NCBI RefSeq assembly: GCF_036321535.1
Contig: NC_087436.1
Location: 102,116,001-102,180,000 of the forward strand
DNA length: 64,000 nt
From: Camelus dromedarius
Taxonomy: Eukaryota
Direction of reading: 5' to 3'
A model generated the notes under the pieces. The model was not told the DNA's origin, made no database searches, and saw only the letters and a list, made by a program, of their open reading frames with translations. The position numbers and the translations under genes are program-made. Positions 11,722 through 24,977 of the stretch are shown here, piece by piece (position 1 is the first letter of the stretch; the number at the start of each line of letters is the position of its first letter).

Positions 11722-14409
11722 TATTAGTGTACACACACACACACATATAAATAAGTTTGTCAATTCAAGCAACCATACTGAACTATCTCATATTCTGTAA
11801 ATTTCAACTATCTTTCTTGAAATTCATTTAGATGCTTTATGCAGAGATTTATTTAACCCAAAAGGTCATAATTATGAACCATATTTCCAATATTTGTTAT
11901 AACAATCGATGTTTCAACTCTCAATTTTACCTGGCTACATTATATATTATTGTATAGTTGCACAATAATGTATTTAGTATTCTCTAATGTTGCACATTGA
12001 AGTGGTTTTCTAATTTTTTAATCAATAATAAGCTACATAAATAAACACAGTAACTATGACGATTATTTTCTTAGAATATATTCCTGAGAGTAGAATTGTT
12101 TAGTGGAAAGCTTTAAAAAATAATTTTCATGCATGTAGACCCACAGGCATACCTTATTTATTGCATTTCCATTTATTGTGTTTTGCAGATAACATCCCTC
12201 CATAGCAATGCACAAAAAAAGGGATCATTCAGTTGCAAAATTAAAGGAAACATTTTTTCTTCATTATCCCACATATTAAAAAAAGGGAGTCTTTCATTCA
12301 GGGTAGGCAGAAACAAAGCTTATATTCATTCAAGAAAATTAATTGATCACATATCATGTGACAATAACAAGCACTGTTAGAATAAATCCAAAAAGGATGC
12401 CAAATATTATCCCCTCCCCCGTACACCCCCAAATCATGCTGCTAATATGTTCCTTTGTGAAAAAGAGAATCGAACTATATAAAAGTGTTTGACATTCAAC
12501 TTTCAGCTTTCCACATCTTACTGATATAAGTGAATGTTCCACAAGTGTCTGCTTCTATTATCTCAGATGTTACTTGAAAGTACTTTCTATACACTCACAT
12601 CAAATCAAAGTCATAAGTTCCTAGTGAGTAATTCCTCCAGTATTTCCTTCATAACGTTTGTGTTCAAGCTTCTATTATCTAGTTGATACATGCTACTCCT
12701 AGGGAATAATGTTTGTTCTTATATTGCAGATCAAGGTGTATTATTGCAAACCAATGTGTTTCCAGAGTTTTGAAAGCAACACTTAACTACTTTGTGTTGT
12801 ACTTTACAACAAAAACATATTGATTTGAACTAGAGGGCAAACTATCCCTGCTACATGATGACTGCCAAGATCCTTGATGGATGCACCCAGCATTTATCAA
12901 TACTCACTCTAATATGATTTTTCTTTCTCTATAAAACTTTGAAAATTTCTCCTCATTCAAGTGAATAATAAATAGAACACAGTTTTATGCAGACCTTGTT
13001 CATGGTAGAATATCTTGGAGTCCATTCATATTAGTATTTTATTGCTTCCCAACTTTAAAGTCAGCATTATTCCATAACTAAATGTAAATATTCCATAATT
13101 TCATATCAAATTCTGATATTCCATAAATAAATGTAAATGAAAAATAATGTCAAATTGTTTGTTTATCTGTTTAATTATCTGTCATTGTTTAAATATCTGC
13201 CTTCAATTATCTATCATTAAACTGAATTAAAGCTCAGTGTTGTTTTATGGGGTTTTTTGGTAATTAAATTATTTCCCTGATGAGTGGTCTATAGTTGGTA
13301 GTCTTATATTACAAATTTAATTAAAATGGTTCAGTTCAAAAAATACTTGAGTGCTCATTATGTTTTTACCACTGTGTTTACTACTGGGAATATAAAAGTA
13401 AATACATTTCAGACCCTTCAGTAAGGTATAGATTAGTTCAAGAAGACATATATACAAGAAAATAATTTTTTTGAAAGTTCATAATAAAGACAAGTGAATA
13501 ATGCACAAAATAAACAGGCAGTTGAAAATATTTAATTTGATTTTTGCTGTTTTTCAACGGAACTCATGACATTTAAAAAGTAATGCAGTTTCCAATTGGA
13601 ATATTCCAATTGCTTTGGAATTATTTTCTGGTTTGCTTATAAATCACAACAGGCATATTATTATGGATCATGAATTCATATTACATGAAAACATTACAGA
13701 AAATATTAATTTATATAATGATGTTGGTAAATGATAATTATCATGAATATTTTAAGTATATTCAACCAGGAAGTTTTAAATCTAAACTTTTCACAATAAA
13801 GCTGTGTTTTAGGTGTAGGGACATTCAGTACAGGAAAACAAACAAGTGATTCTATACCTTTTACCTCAGATATTAGAACCAATTTGAAAACTAAATCAGT
13901 TTGTCATAAAACTGTATGTTTTCTTCTCATGTTTCCAATTTTCTGTAATGTCACTGTGATTTAAAGACATCTATCTTGGATCTCAACTACTGAAGATGTT
14001 TCATTAATAGATCAATGCTAGAGTATTACTTGACATACTTTTTTTTCTTTTCAAACATGTAACAGGTCTTCATAAAGATAAGCAAATGGAGAGGAATTTG
14101 CATGACCTAAGTGGTAAAGGACATCCTTATTTCCTTAAGTGCAAAGATTATCTTGCTGATTTCAAAAAAGTGTTCATTCAAACCATTTAATTGAGACTTG
14201 AACAGTAACATTTCAGTTCCACATCCTGAAATGAGAGTTTATAGTAAGCATAGATACAGTATTTTCAGAAATTTCCTTTTATAGGTATAATATAAAATAA
14301 ACTTGTAAGACTATTCAAAATAAGATGATACCAGGACATTATTTAATGCAGAGAAAGCACTTCTTTTTAAGCACCGAGAGCAAAGTAAGTACTTAATAAA
14401 TGCCAAGAG

Positions 14410-16939
14410 ATGTATGTCAGATAATGTTTTGCCTATATTTTCTTCTAGGAGGTTTATTCTGTCTTGTCTTATGTTTAAGTCATTGATTCATTTTGAGTTT
14501 AAGTCATTGAATGGTGTAAGCTTCATTGTTTTACATGCTGCTGTCCAGTTTCCCAACACCATTTGCTGAAGAGACTGTCTTTATTCCATTGTATATTTTT
14601 GCCTCCTTTGTCAAAGATTAGTTGACCAAAAGTTTGTGGGTTCATTTCCGGGCTCCTTATTCTGTTCCATTGGTCTCTATGTCTGTTTTTGTACCAATAC
14701 CATGCCGTCTTGATGACTGTAGCTATATAGTATTGTCTGAAGTCTGGGAGAGTAATTCCTCCAGCCTTTCTTTCTCTTCAGTAATGCTTTGGCAATTCTA
14801 GGTCTTTGATGGTTCCATATAAATTTTATTATGATCTGTTCTAGTTCTGTGAAATACATCCTGGGTAATTGGATAGGGATTGCACTAAATCTGTAGATTG
14901 CCTTGGGCAGTGTGACCATTTTAACAACATTGATTCTTCCAATCCAAGAGCATGGGATATCTTTCCATTTTTTAAAGTCTTCTTTAATTTCCTTCATCAA
15001 CAGTTAACAGTTTTCTGTGTAAAATTCTTTCACCACTTTGGTTAGATTTATTCCTAGGTATTTTATTACTTTGGGTGCTATTTTAAAGGGGATTGTTTCT
15101 TTACTTTCTTTTTCTGTTGATTCATCGTTAGTGTAAAGAAATGCAACTGATTTTTGAGTGTTAATCTTGTAACCAGCTACCTTGCTGAATTCTTCAATCA
15201 GCTCTAGCAGTTTTTGTGTGGACCTTTTAGGGTTTTCTATATATAGTAACATGTCGTCAGCATATAGTTACACTTTTACCTTTTTTCCAATTTGGATCCC
15301 TTTTATTTCTCTCTCTTGCCTGATTGCTGTGGCTAGGACTTCCAAGACTATGTTGAATAGGAGTGGTGATACTGGGCAGCCTTGCCTTGTCCCAGATTTT
15401 AGTGGGAAGCTTTTGAGTTTTTCACCATTGAGTACTATGCTGGCTGTAGGTTTGTCATATATAGCTTTTATTATGTTGAGATATGTTCCCTCTATACCCA
15501 CTTTGGTGAGAGTTTTTATCATAAATGGGTGTTGAATTTTATCAAAAGCTTTTTTTGCATCTATTGAGATGATCATGTGGTTTTTGTCCTTTCTCTCATT
15601 GATGTGATGTATTACATTGATTGATTTGCGTATGTTGAACCACCCTTGTGTCCCTGGGATGAACCCCACTTGATCATGATACATAATTTTTTTTATGTGT
15701 TGTTGGATTCTATTTGCTAATATTTTGGTGAGGATTTTGGCATCTATGTTCATCAGTGATAATGGCCTATAATTCTCTTTTTTGGTAGTGTCTTTGCCTG
15801 GTTTTGGTATCAGGGTGATGGTGGCTTCATAGAATGAGTTTGGGATTATTCCCTCCTTTTCAGTCTTTTGGAATAGTTTGAGAAGGACTGGTATGGGTTC
15901 TTCTTTTTATGTTTGAATTCCCCAGTGAAGCCAACCAGTCCTGGACTTTCATTTGTAAGGAGATTTTTTATTGCTATTTCAATTTCATTTCTAATGATTG
16001 GTTTGCTCAAGTGTTCAGTTTCTTCTTGGTTCAGTCTTGGTGGACTGTATGTTTCCAGAAACTTGTCCATCTCTTCTAGGTTATTCAGTTTGGTTCCATA
16101 AAGTTTTTCATAATATTCTCGTATGATGTTCTGTTTTTCTATGTTATTTGTTGTAATTTCTCCATTTTCCTTTCTTATTTTGCTTGTTTGTGCTCTCTCT
16201 TTTTTCTTCTTTGTGAGTTTGGCCAGAGGTTTGTCGATTTTATTTCCTTTTTCAAAAAACCAGCTTTTGGTTTGATTGATTTTTTTCTATGATTTTTTAA
16301 TCTCTATTTTATTTATTTCCTCCTTGATCTTTATAATTTCCTTCCTTCTGCTGCCTTTTGGGTTTTTTTGTTCTTCTTTTTCTAGTTCTCTCAGCTGGTG
16401 GGTTAAATTGTTTATTTGAGATTGTTCTTTTTTGAGAAAGGCCTGTATCACTATAAACTTCCCTCTTAGCACTGCCTTCGGTGTGTCCCATAAATTTTGT
16501 GTGGTTGTGCTTTCATTTTCATTTGTCTCAAGGTATTTTTTAATTTCAGCTTTGATTTCATCTTTGACCCATTGGTTTTTTTTTAATAGCATGTTGTTTA
16601 ATCTCCATGCTTTCCTTTTTTTCTCCTTTGTTTCTCTGTTGTTGATTTCTAGTTTCATGGCATTGTGGTCAGTAAAGATGCTTGAGATAATTTCTATCTT
16701 AAAATTGTTGAGGTTTCTTTTGTGCCCAAGTACATGATCAATCCTAGAAAATGTTCCATGTGCACTTGAAAAGAATGTATATCCTATTTTTGGAGGGTGC
16801 AATGCTCTGAAAATATCCACTAAATCTAATTTTTCTATAGTATTATTTAGTTTCTCTGATCCGTGGATGTGAGTCTTGGTGTATCTGTGGGAGAGGGTGA
16901 GCTACGAGCATCCTTCTACTCCACCATACTTGCCTCGTC
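14410..16939 (-). mobile_element. LINE-1 ORF2 segment (EN-RT) preceded by an ~80-bp L1 5'-end-like leader; a chimera of L1-A (left end) and L1-B (right end)
   Basis: ORFs of 107, 82, 161, 74 and 60 aa are identical to those at 5920-7734(+). Revcomp of 16859-16939 reads gacgaggcaagtatggtggagtagaagg...gctcaccctctcccacagatacacc, which resembles an L1 5' terminus. Confidence 0.93.
14519..16698 (-). repeat. Right arm of the 2,180-bp inverted repeat (partner 5713-7892)
   Basis: Same evidence as the left arm. Bounded by a 12-bp deletion at 14518/14519 and a 3-bp indel near 16699. Confidence 0.92.
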
Positions 16940-18431
16940 TTAAACAGTTATTTTATTTTTTTAAGTGCTCTCAACATTCAGGGCTTCTGCATGTCCACCA
17001 GCCCACTGGAGGCTGGCAAGATGTAACTGTCCAGCTGGAGAGGGGCAAGAGACAGAGGAGGTTTCAGGCTTAATAAACTTCAGGAACCCTAATATATCAA
17101 TAGATGTGCAGCAGAATTTGAAACCTGAATACTCTACATGAGGTACATTTTGAGTCATAACCTGTGCAGATTTGGCCAGGTGATGTGAGGGAATATACAT
17201 AGTAGAATTCACACTGGTAAACCAAGTGAAGAAACCTGGGCCAGGCAAGTCTGGAACTAAGTTCTTCCTTTGAGTATAAGATTGGTAATGTAAAAGATAG
17301 GCAGAAATCCACATTAGATTATACACGAGAATGCAGCAAGCATATTTGTTTTAAATTTGGATTGGGAACCATTGCCAAGGTATTTCTTATTATATTCAAA
17401 ACACTCTCAAAGTTCTTTTATCGTGACATACAAGATAGTATAGGATACATTCCTTACTTTTCTTTCTATGAAGCCACATTTAACCTTTTACTTCAACTTT
17501 ATATATTGATAATACCAATTACAATCATCTTTGTAAATAATCACCTTTCCACAACTAGCTCATTTATGTCTATAGGCTTTTTTTTATCATGCTTTTTGGT
17601 AAAAAGGCATTGGTATTGGTAAATATTATGACAGCCTACTTAATATTGTTTAATGAAAGGTCTAACTTATATATACACACATATATATATTTCAGTTACT
17701 ATTTCATTTTAATGTTAGCTGTCTGAAAAGGATGTTCTTAATAGTTTTCTCATATAAATTATATGTATTGCAGGTACATGGTAAGTAGTGCAAATGGCTA
17801 TTTAATTAAAGATTTCAGTCCTAACATTCTCCAGCTCTGCTCCAGGTCTAGTACGCTCAGTTCCTGTCAGTCCTGGAACCTATTCTAATAAAATGTGGGA
17901 GTAGAGGAGCAATTCTATGTCACCAATGTGGAATAAGAGATATGTGTGTCAGGAAGTGATAGCAGAATAAAACTCTAGTCCTTGAGTTATGAGACAAAAT
18001 GAACGAAAGGTGATTGGGGTAAATATCAAGGCACTCTTGGAATTACTGAACTTTTCTCCCAAATCTTGCTTTATTCTTCAGACTGTAAATCTGGAGTTCT
18101 AAATCTACTTTGGATTTAACATTTCATATTACTTCCTCAGGATCTTGTTTACCTTCACAATTATTGCCAACCTTCTTCAGCCTTTGGTCTTGATCTTATC
18201 TTTGTCCCTTTAGTCACAATTTAGTAATGCATCAAAGCAGAACTGTCACCCTGAAGTCAGACAAGATTCACTGGGATCTTTGCAAGACATACTAGCTTCT
18301 ATGCCATGTCAATTCAATGACAAGAAATTGAGTTCCCTGTAATTGTACTGTGCATTATAATAGGTTACAAATTTCAATAAAGCTTAGATAACTTCTCTTA
18401 AAGATCTCATAGAATAATTGGGTGATATACT

Positions 18432-18930
18432 ATAATTTAATTTAATACCCCCAAATCGATACTCAAGGTGTTTTCACCTTCATTTTTTGAATGTGTGCAG
18501 AGCTGAAGTTGAACAAAGCAATATTCTCTCTGCCTTCTTTTCAGCTTTCATACCCTAAAAAAGTGTGCTTTTCACAGTCTATTTAATGCCACATGTGTTG
18601 CATCTTTGTGCTTTTTGTTGGTGATTTTAATGTTTAAAATAGCCCGCAAGCATAGTACTGTCTAGTATTCTTAAGTACATTATTCAAACATGCAATATAG
18701 TGCTGTTGTTATGAGTTCAATGTTAATGAATCAACAATATGGTACATGGAGAAAAAGGAAGAGGAACTTGGCCAATTTGTATATGAGACCACTCAAAATG
18801 TGCTAAAGTAGAGCACAGTGTGTGATGAAGCTATCAAAGAGATGGAAAAGTGACTACATTTGTGAGTTTATTAGATTACAACGGATTTTTTTTAAAGCAT
18901 ATTGGACAGCAATGTTGTGAGTCTGAAAGC
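18432..18930 (+). mobile_element. TcMar-Tigger fragment (MER82/Tigger13-like)
   Basis: cccccaaatcgatactc...ctctgccttcttttcagctttcata...gtgctttttgttggtgatttt...tttaaaatagcccgcaagcatagt, followed by a decayed transposase-like stretch. Confidence 0.6.
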
Positions 18931-21190
18931 TCTCACATGCCCTTCCAGGTCTTATTTAAGGAATACAGAAATGATCAAAAGAGAAAAGATTTCTAACTTC
19001 ATGAAATTTATCTTCCGATGTAGGGAGAAATGCAATCATCTAGTAAACAAATAAAAAACCCAAAATGGTAACATAGTTATATCCTTCAATGAAAGAACTA
19101 AAACCATTTAATAGTGGCTGGAGCAACTTTATACAGAAAAAAAATGCCTCTGGAGGTGAACACATTCCAGCCAAGATATAAAAAATAAGTAGAAGTCAGC
19201 CATGTGAAAAACATCATAAAAATTGATTTTTCTATATGAGATTTGCAATTAATTTTATAAAAGGATATTGCTAATTCTGAGGTGAATGTTTGAAGGTGGA
19301 GTCATCATACAGTGAAATAAAAATCAGTTACTAAACATTTTAGGAATGAAAATAAAAAACTTATTTGTCATATCAAATAAATTGTGTCAACATGAATGAT
19401 GAAACAATCATGATACAGAAAAGGAGAGTTATTCTGAAAATTCTCCTCGAATTTGAAAGTTCTTGAGGATGAAAATGTGGGCATATACTCTTATAGAGAT
19501 TTCCACATTTTAGCTTTGTAGCTTTACAGAATCATCATAGAAACAACTTTTCTGACACTGCTAGCAGTTCTGCTTCTAAGGCAAGTCAGAAACAGGAAGT
19601 AAAAATGTATACAAAGAGGAAAAGTAATAAATAAAGTTAACCAAACTTCAAGGAGCTCACATTTGATGTAGGTCAACCTTGAATTTTAGATGAATACTTG
19701 AATCACAATTCATCTAAATTAGGTCATTCATCCCTGGTGACAGATGTGTTTCAAAAATTAGCATTGACTTTCAAGTCACTCAAAGTGTTTCTATGAAACT
19801 TTGAAAGAGTTTCAAATAATTAAATATTTTACGTCTATTTTAAGTAAGAATTTGAGGACTATATTCCAATTTTTTAAAAAAAAATCAAATTTATCTGAAT
19901 GTATTCCAAAGTATAATATTATCATTTTTCCGCAAATTAAATTAATGGCAAGCATTCTTATTTATTTATATTGTGTTACATTATATTATACTATTACAGT
20001 TTTTAGGATCTTGTCTTAAAACAAGCTAAGCTATAAAGTAAGCTGAACTCCTTAATCAATAATTTTTTAAAGACATTCAAACTTTACTGATAATACATTG
20101 GGGGGACACTTAAACAAAGGTATTCATGTTTCTATGTTTGGGGGGCTCTTGGCTTCTTTCCCACTCCTCACTAACTCTGATTCAGGAAAGGAAAGATGAG
20201 TTATCTGGTTGGTGAATTTGAGAAACAAAAGGAAAGGTAGCACCTCTTCCTTATCTCATTGATGAGGTCAATCTGCTTGCACAGAAGGCAGTTTTTCCAG
20301 CCTAACACTCTGTGATGTGCTGAGTGGAGAGGCTGTCTCCCTGTGAAGGCCACTTATGTCTCTCATCAGGTTTGAGAATCTGTTGACTTCAGAGGTGAAG
20401 CTTATTCTTTTACCATATAAATACAATCATATTTTCCAGAGCTGATATCTTGAGCTCCATTATTCCTACCTGCTGCACCTAATTATAAAATGGTTCTAAA
20501 ATCAAAATAGAAAGGAGAGGTGTTATTTATTGACCTTTAAAAATCCAAGAGATACAGAATAATTTTGGGAAGGGAGAAAATGCTATAACAGGAGATGTCA
20601 TAGCCTTTGTGGTCAGAGAATTTTAAATTCAAATCTCAACTTTTCCACCTCCTGGATAACAGTGGGCAGGTTACTAATCTTTCTTAAGCCCATGTTCTCC
20701 CAATGCAAGGTGGAAATACTGCTGATTCACTTGTGAGATTTAGATAAAGACTGAAGATAATGGAGATAAATTTCACAAGAAAAAGAAGGTTCTAAATGAG
20801 CATTCATTATCAATACTAATATTATTTTAATTTCATATTGATACTTTAAAATTTCAAACTTAATTAAAAGTTATGATGTGATTAAAGATTTTTCAAGTCC
20901 AGATGATTGTAAGCAGTATTTCCCTACTAACACAATTATCATTAATTATTTCTTACTAATATCTTAAGAAAACTTATCACTACTACATAAACAAATACAT
21001 AAATTAATAAATTCTAGTTCACTTCACAGAATGATTACAAAATTTAATTTATTTCAAATAGATTAGAATGTTATGCACTTAACTAAATTGTCAAATAATA
21101 CATATATATTATCTATTAATTTTTTCTGATACAAGTCTTATGTCAAAACTTTCTTACCTCTCATCCTCTCTTCTATTTTCTTATTACTCT

Positions 21191-21541
21191 GCCCAATCAA
21201 CTGAAGATCTGAATAGAACTAAAACATGGAAGAAGGGAGAATTTACTCATGCTGTTTAACTGAGCAGATTTTATTCTGCTTTTGGACTGAGACTTGAACC
21301 ATCAGAACTCCCAGTTTTCAGTTTTAGGACTTGAACTAGAACTTATGCCATAGGCTCTCCTGGTTCTCAGGCCTTCACATTTGAACTGAAACTACACCAC
21401 CAGCTGTCCTGAGCCTTCAGCTTGCAGATGGCAGATCATGAGACAATTCAGCCTCCATGATCTCCTGAGTCAACTCCTTATAACGAATCTCTTCGTATAT
21501 ATCTTAGTGGTTCTCTCCCTCTAGAGGAGTCTGATTATTAC
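21191..21541 (+). mobile_element. MLT2-family ERVL LTR
   Basis: caatcaactgaagatctgaatagaactaaaa...ggttctcaggccttc...gcttgcagatggcagatcatg...cagcctccat...ggttctctccctctagagga is typical of MLT2. Confidence 0.7.
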
Positions 21542-22312
21542 TAAAATCAATTCACAGATTACTTTTTAATAAACTCAACTGCAAAAATGAATTTCTGCTT
21601 TCTCATATGCAAAACAGAAATAATAAAATATATTTTGTAGTCATGGGAAGAGAAATAAAATATTCTAAAACCTTGAAACATGTTATATACTTATTATTGA
21701 GAACTAAAGCTGTGATGAAAAATGAATGATTACTAATTGTAATGTTTTTTCTTGCAAGAGACAAAATAGTTTAGCATTTAGAAAGGTAAACTCTAGATAA
21801 TGAATTCCTAATAATATTTTTCCTTGCAGCATATTAATAGTTTTAAAATGTAAATTAATGGTATCTTAAAAACTATCCAATACTGGGAGAAAAAATAAAA
21901 ATATAAGAAGCAATTTAATTCTCCTATATGTAGATGAAATGTACAACTGATCTTTGAAGTTTTAGGCAGCCAGTTTGCTGGCTGTACATTGCTTTAAAAA
22001 AGCAATAAAAAATTGGTAGCTTGAACATTGATTTACTTGGATTCCACTATCTTTTAGCTTTCTAACAGGATGAGACAAACTGACCCTAGGTCTTAGGGGG
22101 AAAAAAGGGGCATGTGAGAAGCTATAAAATACATTCCCAAAGTAAATTCATGATTTAAGTGATTTTTCCCACTATTTTCTAACTTACTACATAACCATGC
22201 ATTTCACTACTCAGGAAGCAGTGAATTGTGTAAACTAGGAAATTCTTTTTTTCCTCTGGAATAGCAAGTGAAAGTATTTGAGGTATTCATGCCCAGACAA
22301 ATGGAGTTAGTA

Positions 22313-22359
<47 letters not shown>
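22313..22359 (+). repeat. (AAT)n microsatellite
   Basis: About 15 perfect AAT units. Confidence 0.95.
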
Positions 22360-22361
<2 letters not shown>

Positions 22362-23029
22362 GTTTGAAAAACCACTGTTTGAATCTGAAATTCTACCAGT
22401 AAAGCATGTGGCTTAGTCATAAAGTTTATATTGTATGTGTTTGCAAACTTCATAAATTCTATGATTAGATTTACATTTCAAAAGTATCTTCCAAATATTT
22501 TAACACTTTTTAAGATTATAAATTTTATTCAAAATAATGCTTTTTCTCTTACTGGTCTTTAGCCTTATTTGACATTTTTCCAAACACCCTCGCCCCCAGG
22601 AATGACAGGTTCATTCTAACCAGTAAATATATTTTTACTGTTGTTCTATACTCTTCCTTTAGCTGTTTTTAGGGGCAAAAATATTTTCCAACATAGATAA
22701 GGAACAAATTTATATTTCTTTCTTTAGTTGTAAGAAAGATTACATAATTCACACAAGTGACAGGTTCTCTTATCCAAGCTTTTGCTTTTGCTTTTTGCTT
22801 TTTCCTAAAACACTGCTCTGGTTCTTTATCTCATTTCTCTTTAGAATCTTTTCTCAACACGTGTAATCTAAATTTCTTTAATTCTCTTTTCCAAATGGAT
22901 ATTGGGTTTTCTTGTCTTGCACTATCAAAAATCCTCAGAAGATAAGTAACCATAACATGAATAATCTATTAAAAAATTGGAGGGTTACAAGATTTAAATG
23001 AAGAATAATGAATAAATATTAGTGTAATA

Positions 23030-23832
23030 TCTTTTTCTTCTGCCACCAAATGTGTGGCTTTTGCTGTCATCAACTACATGTCATTGTCTCACATCAATTC
23101 TCCAATCCTCTGACATGAATTGAGTGTCCAGCAACTCAATTCAATTATGACACTAATACTAAAAGTTAGTGCAAACTCCACAGGTTAAGGGCTCAGTCCT
23201 ACAAGACTGCTGCCACTTACAAAGCCCATCATACATGAAGTGCCAGTATACCCACACTTGTGATTGGCCGACTCTCAGAATTCAGGAACGTGTTCTATTA
23301 ACTACTTCAGTTTGTTATAAAGGCTACAACTCAGGAACAGATGAATGGAAGCAATCTACAGAGCAAGGTATGGTGGGGTGGGGGCAGGGGGTGGAAGTGC
23401 ACCACCTCAGCACATCAATCCAGAAATTTCCCAAACCCTGCTGTTTATGTTTTGTATGTGGGGTTTTGTTACAGAGACTTGATGAGATCATTGGCCACTG
23501 ATGATTGAATTCAATCTCCAGCCCCCTCAATTCCACAAAAGTTGGGGATGGGGACTGGGGCTGAAAGTTCCAATCCTCTAAATCACATGATTTGGTTATT
23601 CTGGTGACCAGTCCCCATTTAGAAGCTACCTAGGGGCACCATCAGGAAATCACTTTATTAGCACAAACTCAGGTATGATTCAAAAGGTCTCTAATGAATA
23701 AGAAGGACACTCCCATCATTCAGGAAATTTCAAGAGTTTTAGGAACTGTTTGTCAGGAACCAAATCTAGGACAAAAGTCAAATCAATATGTAGATATGTA
23801 CATATTATACATATATACCTATTATATCACAA
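23030..23832 (-). mobile_element. MER21-family LTR
   Basis: caattcaattatgacacta...cacaggttaagggctcagtcctacaagactgc...gggctgaaagttccaatcctcta...caggaaatttcaagagttttaggaact...tatatcaca. Confidence 0.7.
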
Positions 23833-24865
23833 TTATAAAGACTACTTTTCATGTGCTTTTTCCTTCCTCAGTCTCCCTGCTTGACTATTGAAAAGAAAAA
23901 TTCCCACTGACTCCCTAACACTGAAGAGTGACTGGACAACTGAAGAATTACTTACCTCCCCATTATCTTCCTCTTCTTTGTAATTTATGATAATGATAGT
24001 CTGTGCTCTGTCTTAGACGTAAGGGACAAAAACAATATTTTACATCAGATAATTTTGCTATTTTCTTAGTAGCAGTCTATGAAAGGTCAGTAAATAATTA
24101 TAATTACTGAAAAATAAGATTTAGAACTTATTTATACATTATCCATACCTCCAGTAAAATAAACTATATGATTGCTTAATTACTTTTGCTTTTTGCATAT
24201 ATGTATTTATTCTGCAACCAACCCAAAAGCCCTTTTAGACAAAAGCTGTTTAGGCATTTGTTATGTTCCTCAAAGCCCTAAAAAATTAGGCTTTGGTAAA
24301 TATTCCTTAAAATTGGTATTGTATGCACTTAACATCTATGTGCACTTGACATTTTATATAATAAAGGAGTGAGGTTTTTTGTGAATTTATAATGAGTAGT
24401 GAATTGAAGAATAACAATAATTGAGAAAGGAAAGAAAAAAGGATATATGTGAGGGAAATAGACACTCTTTATGATTATTTTAAAAATATATTATTTTAAT
24501 AAACAAACTGATTCTTCTATCCATAAAAATGTGGCATAGGGAAGAAGTTGAGAGTCCATGATTTAGAAAATCCTGGTTCTATTCCCAGCATTACTAATAT
24601 CTAGCTCTACAGTATCTGTCAAGACACATCATGGGATCTTTATCAGTAAGAAACATCGGTGATAAAAGTCTTTATGTAAACATTGTATTTAGTGCTAATG
24701 ATGGACTTTCACACAGATTTGCTGTTATCAACCGATCTCCCCCCAAAAGCAATCAAACAATAAATGTAATACAACACAACACAACACAGCACTACTGCAG
24801 GTAAATTTATATGAAATTATGATTATTCAGTGATAAAAATAAATCATAGAAGCAAAGATTCAAAA

Positions 24866-24915
24866 AACATTGTAAACTGACTATATTTTAATTAAAAAAA
24901 TAAATGTTTTAAAAA
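24866..24915 (+). mobile_element. Very short L1 3'-tail fragment
   Basis: aacattgtaaactgactata...aaaaaaataaa matches the L1 end at 55966-55998 of this window. Confidence 0.55.
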
Positions 24916-24977
24916 GTTGGAGCAAAATAACAGCTAATTTTTGTTTAGTGAAATAATCATTTAATTTAGATTTCATT

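Noticed and set aside
12600..12700. Minus-strand segment with good splice signals (ccctag|...|gtgagt)
   Set aside because: All three frames contain stops. It could only be a non-coding exon, and I have no supporting evidence.
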